IMG/VR virus record: IMGVR_UViG_3300020191_000008
Span: 1 to 64,000 of that record
Length of the DNA: 64,000 nt
Source: a virus
Taxonomy: Duplodnaviria; Caudoviricetes
Direction: 5' to 3' (one strand)
The notes beneath the pieces are model-generated. The model was not told the DNA's origin, ran no database searches, and saw only the letters and a program-made list of their open reading frames with translations. Below are positions 1 through 7,366 of this stretch, in pieces (position 1 is the first letter of the stretch; each line of letters starts with the position of its first letter). Both the position numbers and the translations under genes were made by a program.

Positions 1-2
1 AT

Positions 3-98
3 CAATTTTCTGATCACCCTATTTTAGCTAATGAAATCATTAACGAGGTCACTTATCTAAATTCACATCATCACGATAAACTGGAAATACAAGTATAA
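3..98 (+). CDS. possible 3' end of a gene entering the window
   Basis: Frame 3 is open from the window edge to TAA at 96-98 (QFSDHPILANEIINEVTYLNSHHHDKLEIQV*). It is short, so it could be chance. Confidence 0.3.
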   Translation, partial: QFSDHPILANEIINEVTYLNSHHHDKLEIQV

Positions 99-673
99 TT
101 TACAATAAATTATCATAATTTATTCTTTTTATTTATACCCTATTTTTTATTCCTTTTTATACAGTATACCATAAGGTAATATATAGAGTAATACATAATA
201 GAGATACAACAAGAAAACAAGATAAAATAAAGGTTTATAAGGAATTAACCTAAATAAAGTGATTTGGATAGGATAGTGGCTGTTGCTCTAAAAAATAAAT
301 AATGGCAATTTAGTCACTTTTTGCCCCATTTTAGCCAACAAAAGCAAATAAAAGCATACAAAAAGGCTGGCTAGTCAACAAAATTTTATAAAAACAAGGG
401 GTCTTATTATATTTTTTTATAATTTGTATGTATTAGCCCTAGGGTAAACACAAAGCACTGGCCTATTTTTTTAAAAAAAACCAAATAAAGCGCGATTTTG
501 CCCAATTCTAGCAAATAAAAACAAATAAAAGCTGGCCCCCAAACTAGCCCCAGTTTGATTACATCTTAGCAAATAAGCTAGTAGTGTCAAGCCTAATAAT
601 GGCCCCAAGTTTGCCAAATATTTTTGCAAATAATAATAGCCCAAGCCAGCGGCTTACTGTATAATATATTTGT

Positions 674-931
674 ATGCAAGAAGAAGATAGCCAACAAAAT
701 AAATTCGATGTAAACTTGAGCAAGGACACCCAAGCCAACTTAAAAAAACTTTTTGCTATTAATAAGCCCTTTGCTGAATTAAGGAGCGACGATGCAGAAA
801 ACATAAGCAAGCAAACCAAGGCAAGATTAAACAAAATTATTTCAAATAATAAGCGCGAGCTTAATAAGGTTACTTTGTGGGCCAAATATAAAATCTTTAT
901 TGACAAGATTGTAGCTTTTTTTGTCAAATAA
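674..931 (+). CDS. hypothetical protein (85 aa)
   Basis: ORF with TATAAT 8 nt upstream of the ATG, lying in an otherwise non-coding AT-rich block; no recognisable motif. Confidence 0.35.
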   Translation: MQEEDSQQNKFDVNLSKDTQANLKKLFAINKPFAELRSDDAENISKQTKARLNKIISNNKRELNKVTLWAKYKIFIDKIVAFFVK

Positions 932-974
932 TAAGGCCCAAGGTTGTACGATTTTGAGCCAAATAATGCCAAAT

Positions 975-1015
975 AAAACACCCGCCCCCTAAAAACCAAT
1001 AAAGAGGGACGGGTG
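975..1015 (-). terminator. intrinsic terminator for leftward transcript
   Basis: Minus-strand RNA stem CACCCGUCCCU/AGGGGGCGGGUG followed by UUUUAUUU, downstream of the 1063-1179 ORF. Confidence 0.65.
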
Positions 1016-1062
1016 AATTATATTATGGAACAACAATAACAAGTATACCAACAGAAATAAAT

Positions 1063-1179
1063 CTAATTAAGCAAATAAGTAATAAGCTTAGTAATCAAAA
1101 TGCCCATAAAAGCGATGCTTAAAAACACAAGGCAAGCAAACACTACATTCTCAAAGAAAGCACGGTCTTGATCTTTCAT
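1063..1179 (-). CDS. small membrane protein (38 aa; not in ORF track)
   Basis: Hand-translated MKDQDRAFFENVVFACLVFLSIAFMGILITKLITYLLN*. It has one hydrophobic segment, its own promoter and a terminator. Confidence 0.65.
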   Translation of the reverse strand: MKDQDRAFFENVVFACLVFLSIAFMGILITKLITYLLN

Positions 1180-1185
1180 GCCCTC

Positions 1186-1213
1186 ATAGTAATACATAAT
1201 TGCAATTGGTCAA
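1186..1213 (-). promoter_or_regulatory. sigma70-type leaderless promoter
   Basis: TTGACC-N16-TACTAT-N6-ATG(1179). Confidence 0.7.
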
Positions 1214-1319
1214 GCAAAAATGTCGAATTTTGTTCCAAATAAAAACAAATAAGAGCAAGCAAAAATTGCCCGTTTTTTTAAATATGAACAAATAAACACA
1301 TTTACCCCCCCTAGGGGTT

Positions 1320-1346
1320 CAGCTGTCTGGAAATTCCAGACAACTG
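1320..1346. terminator. 13-bp hairpin downstream of 1377-1643 gene
   Basis: CAGCTGTCTGGAA-A-TTCCAGACAACTG with one mismatch (G:U on the minus-strand RNA); no clear U-tract. Confidence 0.4.
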
Positions 1347-1376
1347 CCTCCGACGGGGGTTGGGCGGGATCACGCC

Positions 1377-1643
1377 TTACTTGGTGGGATCGTCACAGGC
1401 GGGACCAACCTCGCCAGAGCGACCTTGGGATTCGAAGAATTCCCCATCGCACATGCACAACCACCAACGAGATCTGCGAGCATCTTTCACCTTGAATTTG
1501 AAGAGTTCGACATTTTGGCCTCGACCAACTGCATCCACCCAAGCTTCCTTGGGAGTGGAACCAAAACCCTGATTGAGAAGCCCAACCCCAAAAGGGCAAG
1601 CATTTTTAACAGAGCGAACGACATAGTGTGTATAGGTAGCCAT
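1377..1643 (-). CDS. hypothetical early protein (88 aa)
   Basis: ORF directly behind a leaderless promoter. Confidence 0.7.
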   Translation of the reverse strand: MATYTHYVVRSVKNACPFGVGLLNQGFGSTPKEAWVDAVGRGQNVELFKFKVKDARRSRWWLCMCDGEFFESQGRSGEVGPACDDPTK

Positions 1644-1649
1644 GGGGGA

Positions 1650-1677
1650 ATAGTAATAGAATCAAATCTTTTTACAA
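1650..1677 (-). promoter_or_regulatory. sigma70-type leaderless promoter
   Basis: TTGTAA-N16-TACTAT-N6-ATG(1643). Confidence 0.65.
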
Positions 1678-1750
1678 GTAAAATCTGATCTTTTTTTATT
1701 CATTTTTGTGCTTTACTTTGGGGCTTTCTATAGTATAGGAAAAATCGCTC

Positions 1751-1825
1751 TAAGTCACTGATTAGTAAGGAGTTAGGGCTGCGCCCCCGCCGCTCCGCTC
1801 TAACTCGCTGATATTCAACGAGTTA
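1751..1825. repeat. paired-palindrome unit U1
   Basis: TAAGTCACTGATTAGTAAGGAGTTA (1751-1775) + 25-bp GC-rich spacer + TAACTCGCTGATATTCAACGAGTTA (1801-1825). Confidence 0.95.
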
Positions 1826-1836
1826 GGCGGGATTTT

Positions 1837-2079
1837 TTATTTATTTTTTTCTTGTATTCCTTTGCCTTTTTCTTTCCTTTGGTGGAACCAAGATTCTCCA
1901 TAGACAATGCCCTTTCTTTTGAAGAAAGCATCGCAAGCCTTGCTTATCTGCTCAGAAGTACCGCGAGGGATAGCGTCATAAACCCCAAAGGTTTTTTGCG
2001 TTGCTATTTTTGCAGTGCCGCCATTTGCCACAGCCTTCCAGTCTGAATTGTCGTAAGTTTTCATTGTTTTTATTTCCAT
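1837..2079 (-). CDS. hypothetical protein
   Basis: Last gene of a coupled leftward operon; alternative start MKTYDN at 2064. Confidence 0.65.
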   Translation of the reverse strand: MEIKTMKTYDNSDWKAVANGGTAKIATQKTFGVYDAIPRGTSEQISKACDAFFKRKGIVYGESWFHQRKEKGKGIQEKNK

Positions 2080-2273
2080 TTATAGTTATTAGAGACAAAC
2101 TCCCTGCCAAGTTCAATTGCTCCATGCAAAGATGTTTTGATACTTGTTTCTGTGCCTTCCTTATACCAAGTGAACCGGTAATCATCGCCATTTTCTTTGA
2201 CAAAGGTAAACCAAGGGCGTTTGTATTTGTTTGAATCCTTGAGGATTATTTTGGGTGTTTTGTTTTTAGTCAT
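2070..2273 (-). CDS. hypothetical protein (67 aa)
   Basis: Overlaps both neighbours by 8-10 nt, typical of translational coupling. Confidence 0.7.
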   Translation of the reverse strand: MTKNKTPKIILKDSNKYKRPWFTFVKENGDDYRFTWYKEGTETSIKTSLHGAIELGREFVSNNYKWK

Positions 2274-2556
2274 TTAGTTGTTCCTTTCCACATTCGATGA
2301 AGTGCATATGCTGCCTAGCATATTGATAGACCGTATTCATTGCTTCTTTAACCTCTTCCCTTTCTGAAAGAGCTTTATCCCAAGCCCCGTCTCCGTGAGG
2401 GTAGTAGTCTCTTTGATGGAAAGTTGTATCATAAAGGAGTTTGATTTGCGCTTCGCTTACAGCTTCAAACAATTCGTTGTATTCTTCGCGTAGCCTGTCT
2501 TCGCCTGATCCATTCATATGGAGGAACGGCATTGTGTATTTCTTAGTCATTTTCAT
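2266..2556 (-). CDS. hypothetical protein (96 aa)
   Basis: Coupled ORF with TATAAT upstream. Confidence 0.75.
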   Translation of the reverse strand: MKMTKKYTMPFLHMNGSGEDRLREEYNELFEAVSEAQIKLLYDTTFHQRDYYPHGDGAWDKALSEREEVKEAMNTVYQYARQHMHFIECGKEQLND

Positions 2557-2629
2557 TTTTCTTTTTTAAAGATTATATAAAGCAAAGCGATAATGATGTT
2601 ATATAAAGTCTCTATCCAATTGCTTTCGT

Positions 2630-3343
2630 TCATTTTGGTTCAACTACAAAACCTGTTTGATCTTTTTTTGCAAGACCTTTTTCGACAAGGCCAACGATCA
2701 CGCCCTTTGGATCTAGGAAACGGAGGTCCGTATCGTCTCCATTAACCACGGGATGGCCAAGATATTTTTCAGGGAGTGAACCACGGAAAACAACTGCCAC
2801 ATTGCCACCCTTATTCAAGATCCTTCTCATTCGATCATTGCTTGTTTCTTCAGAGCGGGAAAAGGTTAGGGAGTAATTTTTTGGCATTTTGCCATCAAGG
2901 AATTTGTGCATCCTGTAGCTACCTTTGGTGTAATCATAAAAGGCCAGATCAGGGAAGTGATCAAAAATGCTCTTGCCCTCAAAAAAGAATTGTTTTGCTT
3001 CCCAAGGAATATCAGAAGTTAGATTAAGACGGACGCAAGGCGTTTTATCATACTTCCGTGCCTTCTTTGCTCCAACAGTAATTTCTTTGTGAAGTTGGGC
3101 CATAAAAGTCTCGCGGTGTTGAAACAAGAATTTGGTTTTATTGATTCGCGCCTTTTGTACGTTCTTCATGATTCCACGTCCCGCCGTATTAAGGCAAGCC
3201 ATAGAGCAACCTTTACTTGCCCAGTGGCAAGTGTTGAAGCCAGAAAGCTTTGAAGGTGAGAGATGGATACCATAAGTGACATAACCATAAGCTAATCCCT
3301 TGATTGTTTTGCTGTTTCCTGAATTGAGTAATTTCATGCCCAT
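2630..3343 (-). CDS. Gp88-like phage protein
   Basis: Motifs NTCHWASKGCSMACLNTAGRG, VRLNLTSDIPWE, FYDYTK, YSLTFSRSE, GDDTDLRFLDP and VGLVEKG, recalled as the GP88 family. Confidence 0.8.
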   Translation of the reverse strand: MGMKLLNSGNSKTIKGLAYGYVTYGIHLSPSKLSGFNTCHWASKGCSMACLNTAGRGIMKNVQKARINKTKFLFQHRETFMAQLHKEITVGAKKARKYDKTPCVRLNLTSDIPWEAKQFFFEGKSIFDHFPDLAFYDYTKGSYRMHKFLDGKMPKNYSLTFSRSEETSNDRMRRILNKGGNVAVVFRGSLPEKYLGHPVVNGDDTDLRFLDPKGVIVGLVEKGLAKKDQTGFVVEPK

Positions 3344-3455
3344 AACGCTGTCTATTCTTCACAAAAATGAGCCTGCACCAAGCTTTTTTTTGATTTTTTA
3401 TTATTTAAATTTAGGGTTGACAGCCTAGTTTTTTTTGATATGGGAAAAAACCTCG

Positions 3456-3530
3456 TAACTCACTGATTGATAGGGACTTAGGGCCGCGCCCCCGCCGCTG
3501 CGCTCTAACTCCTTGATACTCAACGACTTA
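3456..3530. repeat. paired-palindrome unit U2
   Basis: TAACTCACTGATTGATAGGGACTTA (3456-3480) + 25-bp spacer + TAACTCCTTGATACTCAACGACTTA (3506-3530). The spacer is 23/25 identical to that of U1. Confidence 0.95.
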
Positions 3531-3551
3531 CAGCGATTTTTTTTTATTGAC

Positions 3552-3592
3552 AAAAGAAAAGCCCCGCCCCCCATGCAGAGGAGACGAGGCTT
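3552..3592 (-). terminator. intrinsic terminator after DUF932 gene
   Basis: Minus RNA AAGCCUCGUCUCC...GGGGGCGGGGCUU (G:U-rich stem) followed by UUCUUUU. Confidence 0.7.
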
Positions 3593-3608
3593 GCTATGAT
3601 AAAGGAGA

Positions 3609-4400
3609 CTAAGCAGGAAGAGCGAGCGCCTTGTCCTCCTCAGTAATTAGGGAAGGATTGGCAACTCTGTCAAGAATATTTTGTGCCTCCATTGTCATGC
3701 GGGGCAAGTGCATGACATTATTGGCAGTCAAATTCTTGTAAGACTCTGTCACGGCATTGAAGATATTCCAGAGTGTCCCACGGTATTCGTGGAAGGCTCC
3801 CTTGGTTCCGTTCACATCGACTCCACCATTTTGAACAAGATCAAGGAAGTCTCCAATCTTGGTGGGCTTGATAAGACCAGCCTTGAGAAGCTTGTTAATC
3901 ACTTCAACCTCGTTGGCTTCGGTGTTTTTGTAAGTCTCAATGCGCTTGCCTTCATTGTCCCAAGTCTGCTGAATAGACTGGATAGCCTTGTTCATGATAG
4001 AGGGGAGTTCTGAAAAGATGTTGCGAGTGTGCTTGCGTGACAAGGTAATGTCAGAGGAGAAGCAAAGATTCTCACAAACAAGCATTGAAGAACCAACTGC
4101 TACAGAGCTGGCAAACTTTTGATTGTGGGAGTTGCGAAGTCCAAAAACAAGCTCGCGATCTGTATTGTCGAAGTCGGACTTGCGGATAGAGAAACCAGAG
4201 AAGCAATTCATGCCACCTTCTGAAATGCCATGTTCTTCCTGCTTGATTTCGAAACCGTTGTTTCCCAACTCGCGCTTGGCAATATCGACCAATTCGTGGT
4301 GGTCGATAGGGAAGTGACGCGCACCCATAGGCTCAGGCTTTTCGATTTCCTTAAGTTGATCGTAGCTGACTTTGTTGGAGGAATAGATAAGGTTTTTCAT
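3609..4400 (-). CDS. DUF932 family protein
   Basis: Motifs PIDHHELV, GLRNSHN, VGSSMLVCENLCF, RKHT and TLWNIFNAVTE match the DUF932/DUF945 pattern. Confidence 0.8.
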   Translation of the reverse strand: MKNLIYSSNKVSYDQLKEIEKPEPMGARHFPIDHHELVDIAKRELGNNGFEIKQEEHGISEGGMNCFSGFSIRKSDFDNTDRELVFGLRNSHNQKFASSVAVGSSMLVCENLCFSSDITLSRKHTRNIFSELPSIMNKAIQSIQQTWDNEGKRIETYKNTEANEVEVINKLLKAGLIKPTKIGDFLDLVQNGGVDVNGTKGAFHEYRGTLWNIFNAVTESYKNLTANNVMHLPRMTMEAQNILDRVANPSLITEEDKALALPA

Positions 4401-4405
4401 AGTAC

Positions 4406-4426
4406 TTGTAGTTGTAGTTGTAGTTG
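4406..4426 (-). repeat. (CAACTA)3 tandem repeat in 5' UTR of DUF932 gene
   Basis: Plus strand (TTGTAG)3TTG immediately upstream of the start codon. Confidence 0.85.
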
Positions 4427-4456
4427 AATGTCAGAGACCGTCTCTGAACTGGGGAA

Positions 4457-4485
4457 AGTCTAAACCTTTTTTTTCTTAATGGCAA
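4457..4485 (-). promoter_or_regulatory. sigma70-type promoter for DUF932 gene
   Basis: TTGCCA-N17-TAGACT with an A-tract upstream. Confidence 0.75.
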
Positions 4486-4678
4486 CACCTTTTTTGCTTT
4501 TTTTGTTCTTTTTTTTGCTCCAACAATGCCAAATATTTTTGCAAATAACTTGACAAGCCGAAAAAAATGCCGCCAACAATGCCAGATATTTAGACAAATA
4601 AACAATAGGGCTCCACTAACATTAAGCTAAGGTTAAACAAATAAAGGCCAAATATTTACTTGACATGCCTCTGCATCA

Positions 4679-4797
4679 TAAGCCACTGATTCTCAATGAG
4701 TTAGAGTTATAGAAAAACGCTCTAAGTCACTGATATTCAATGAGTTACGGCGATCCGCCCGCCCCTGCCCGCTAACTCACTGATACTCAACGACTTA
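4679..4797. repeat. paired-palindrome unit U3 with an extra third box
   Basis: Boxes at 4679-4703, 4723-4747 and 4773-4797. The last two are 50 bp apart around a GC-rich spacer; the first sits 44 bp upstream across an AT-rich spacer. Confidence 0.95.
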
Positions 4798-4830
4798 CAA
4801 CGATTTTATTTTTTTTGTCAAGTCAAGAAA

Positions 4831-4854
4831 AAAAGCCCCAAAAAAGGGGCTTTT
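4831..4854. terminator. bidirectional intrinsic terminator
   Basis: AAAAGCCCC-A6-GGGGCTTTT flanked by A and T runs. Confidence 0.75.
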
Positions 4855-4887
4855 ATTTTTTATATTATTTAAATTTTAATTATTATT

Positions 4888-4927
4888 AAGGCGGCTCCCC
4901 GCCAAGCGATAAACGAGGAGCCGCTTT
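4888..4927 (-). terminator. hairpin directly after ParB-like gene stop
   Basis: AAGGCGGCTCCCCG...CGAGGAGCCGCTTT imperfect stem. Confidence 0.55.
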
Positions 4928-4932
4928 AACCA

Positions 4933-5976
4933 CTAACCAAATTTAGCATAAGTTTCAATAGCATTTTTCAAAACTTTTACATGCGAATCATGTCTTCTAG
5001 AAGATCGAAAGCTGCCTTGTTGAGAAGCAAAGTTATAGCTTGCAAAATCCGTTAGATTAATTCGACTTGATAACTGGTTCCCTGTTGTTGTAACTCTTCC
5101 ATATTGAAGGGCTGCAATTATTTGTTTTTTATCATAATTAGACATGCCAGAATTCCTGTTGTTATCACTAAGGAGATCGAACAAACCAGCCCAAACTGTG
5201 CCGCCCCATTTTTGATAGTTCATTTTTGGGAATACTTCTTTTACGATATCAATAACATCTTTTAAAATTTTAAGGGCTTTCTTTTCTTTTTCTTCTCGCC
5301 GCATCTGAAGGGATTCAAGGTTAGCCCATGTATTTTTTATCCAATGATTATGAATAGAAGCGATTCTACATCCTACATCAACAGGCTTGTTGTTCGCTGG
5401 ATTACAAGGAGTGAAGCCAGCATCAAGGAAAAATTCAATGATTGTTTTTCTATGCTCCTCATCTCTGATTTCAGGGCAGCGATCAAGCTCAACAATTTTA
5501 CCCCAGAACATGTCATTTATGCTCCATGATCTTTTGCGGGATGCATCGTTGGCCTCTAAGCAGCGGGTGACCGCAGCTTTTGTATTTACGATACGGCAAA
5601 GAATTTCTTCTTGCTGGTTGGCGCAACAGCGATGCTGACCATCAACGATTTGATAATAAAATTTATTATTGTGTTTAATTTTATATACAGCAGGAACATC
5701 AAAATTTGCCATATCGAATTTTTTGGCAATGTTCTGAATTTGTCTTTTGCTTGCTGTGCGTTGATAGGATTTGTCAATTCCAAGATATTTTTTGGGAATG
5801 ATCGCTAGCTTCTGGTTGCAAAGAGTTGTTTCTTTGAATGCCTTGGTTATTCCTTCTCCTCCTAAGCCATAGGAGCATTCCTTGCCATCTACAGTGAAGG
5901 TTTCTTTTGATGAGGCATGAGATTTAATCTCTTTTGAATAATCCTTTTTAGTTGTGGTTTTTGTTTTGGTTTTCAT
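4933..5976 (-). CDS. ParB/Srx-like N-terminal (DGQHR) domain protein
   Basis: YQRT...IQNIAKKFD...YQIVDGQHR motif. Start moved to MKTKTK (5976), behind an A/C-rich leader, to avoid overlap with the lysozyme gene. Confidence 0.75.
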   Translation of the reverse strand: MKTKTKTTTKKDYSKEIKSHASSKETFTVDGKECSYGLGGEGITKAFKETTLCNQKLAIIPKKYLGIDKSYQRTASKRQIQNIAKKFDMANFDVPAVYKIKHNNKFYYQIVDGQHRCCANQQEEILCRIVNTKAAVTRCLEANDASRKRSWSINDMFWGKIVELDRCPEIRDEEHRKTIIEFFLDAGFTPCNPANNKPVDVGCRIASIHNHWIKNTWANLESLQMRREEKEKKALKILKDVIDIVKEVFPKMNYQKWGGTVWAGLFDLLSDNNRNSGMSNYDKKQIIAALQYGRVTTTGNQLSSRINLTDFASYNFASQQGSFRSSRRHDSHVKVLKNAIETYAKFG

Positions 5977-6038
5977 GGTTTTTGGTTTTTGTTGTTTTTG
6001 TTGATTACTAGGAATGGTGCCTAGCAAAATTTTTTGTT

Positions 6039-6611
6039 TTAAATTTCCCCTTTCCATAGCGAAAGCTCCCAAGCTCTGCGCCGCTCTAATCCTTTGCGAA
6101 CCTTTCCTCCTGCTCTACGGTATAGAGGTAAAATCTTTTCAACGCTTTTATAGTTGCCAGAGTTTAGGCGATCTTTCCCATTCACAAGCTTCCTGAGATT
6201 TGTCAGGCCGCAATTGAAGGTGAAAGAGGTCAAAGCATTCAGTTGATTGTCTGAAAGCTTCACTTGAACTTCCTCGCGCACTTTTGCTTTTACTTTGTTC
6301 ACTTCTTTTCTGAGTAAGGCTCTTGCTTGCGGCTCACTTATCCAACCTTTTCGGAGTGCTCTTTTGTCAGTGCACCCGTAACCTATTGTTCGGACTCCCG
6401 CGCAGCAGTAGTATGGGCGAGGTTTGAAGCCTTCGAAGTGAACGAGGCCCTTCTCAAGTTCCTTGTCCCAATTATGACGCTTGACCAATGGAAAGACCAG
6501 AAGGGGGCGGTCTGTCACGTTGTGAGTGATGACAAAGGCGGTTTGCCCTTGGCATCCGAAGAATACCAAGAGCGTGAAGATTGCTGCTAGAGTAAGAATG
6601 AAAGTTTTCAT
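6039..6611 (-). CDS. GH24 (T4/P1-type) lysozyme with N-terminal hydrophobic anchor or lipoprotein-like signal
   Basis: HFEG...PY..CAGVRTIGYG, LSDNQLNALTSFTFNCG and GLERRRAWE; catalytic E60-X8-C69-X5-T75. Confidence 0.9.
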   Translation of the reverse strand: MKTFILTLAAIFTLLVFFGCQGQTAFVITHNVTDRPLLVFPLVKRHNWDKELEKGLVHFEGFKPRPYYCCAGVRTIGYGCTDKRALRKGWISEPQARALLRKEVNKVKAKVREEVQVKLSDNQLNALTSFTFNCGLTNLRKLVNGKDRLNSGNYKSVEKILPLYRRAGGKVRKGLERRRAWELSLWKGEI

Positions 6612-6817
6612 GACCTTGAAGCTTCTCTGATTTTCTGAATCATACGCGCCGCATCAGCGCGGGAGATAATAGGGGAAGTCCAGACGGATGGCCCGACCTT
6701 CACCGATGCGATTGGCTCAAAGTATTGGCACTGCTTTGGGTAAACCTCAAGTCTAATATTCTCGTTTTGGTAGACTTTACAGAGGCCCTTTCGTGTGACT
6801 GTGTAGTTTTTGGACAT
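6608..6817 (-). CDS. hypothetical protein (69 aa)
   Basis: Stop overlaps the lysozyme start (ATGA); has its own promoter. Confidence 0.8.
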   Translation of the reverse strand: MSKNYTVTRKGLCKVYQNENIRLEVYPKQCQYFEPIASVKVGPSVWTSPIISRADAARMIQKIREASRS

Positions 6818-6823
6818 GAAGGG

Positions 6824-6852
6824 ATTTTACTGGAATTTATTGAGTGGAACAA
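6824..6852 (-). promoter_or_regulatory. sigma70-type leaderless promoter
   Basis: TTGTTC-N17-TAAAAT-N6-ATG(6817). Confidence 0.7.
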
Positions 6853-6879
6853 GTTTTTTTTGCATCTTTTTTTAATTTC

Positions 6880-7062
6880 CTAAAGGTATTCTTTGACGTA
6901 ACTACGAGCATCGTCAAGATGTTCTGCATCGTCGAGCTCGTTAAGAATTGCTGCCTTAATCTTCTCAATCATTTCAGGAAGATCAGACTTACTGAACTCT
7001 AGATGCTCAATCCCCTCGCAGTAGTCGAGGATAATGTTTTGGATCTTATCTGTGTTGGACAT
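6880..7062 (-). CDS. acidic hypothetical protein (60 aa)
   Basis: Start reassigned to MSNTDK (7062), preceded by TATACT-N6. The longer track ORF crosses a promoter and another gene. Confidence 0.7.
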   Translation of the reverse strand: MSNTDKIQNIILDYCEGIEHLEFSKSDLPEMIEKIKAAILNELDDAEHLDDARSYVKEYL

Positions 7063-7068
7063 GGGCGG

Positions 7069-7097
7069 AGTATAAAGGAAAGCCTTAAAAAAGAAAA
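7069..7097 (-). promoter_or_regulatory. leaderless promoter
   Basis: TTTTCT-N17-TATACT-N6-ATG(7062); the -35 is weak. Confidence 0.6.
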
Positions 7098-7117
7098 GCT
7101 TTTTCTGCATCTTTTTT

Positions 7118-7249
7118 TTATTGGATGCAGAACCACCCAAGATTTTTGGGGTCCATCTTAGAGATCCATGCTTCACACTCTTCGCGTGTGCCTGAGAACT
7201 CGGCATCCTTAGAGTAGTTGTGGTATACTGTGTATGTCTTTGTTTTCAT
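7118..7249 (-). CDS. small hypothetical protein (43 aa; not in ORF track)
   Basis: MKTKTYTVYHNYSKDAEFSGTREECEAWISKMDPKNLGWFCIQ*, preceded by TATACT-N6-ATG. Confidence 0.7.
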   Translation of the reverse strand: MKTKTYTVYHNYSKDAEFSGTREECEAWISKMDPKNLGWFCIQ

Positions 7250-7255
7250 GAACGT

Positions 7256-7284
7256 AGTATAGCAGAACCTCAGGGGATTAGAAG
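7256..7284 (-). promoter_or_regulatory. leaderless promoter
   Basis: CTTCTA-N17-TATACT-N6-ATG(7249) with an upstream A-tract. Confidence 0.6.
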
Positions 7285-7366
7285 ACTTTTTTTTCATTTT
7301 TAAACATTTTTTTTCTTAGAAAAAAGCTTGACTCTCCTCTTGTTTACTATAAAGAAAAATTCTTTG

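Noticed and set aside
559-999. 146-aa minus-strand ORF
   Set aside because: Leu/Phe-rich read of AT-rich DNA that starts inside a terminator stem; likely spurious.
6880-7206. 108-aa version of ORF 6880
   Set aside because: The extension crosses a promoter, T/A tracts and the 7118-7249 gene; the 7062 start fits the leaderless pattern.
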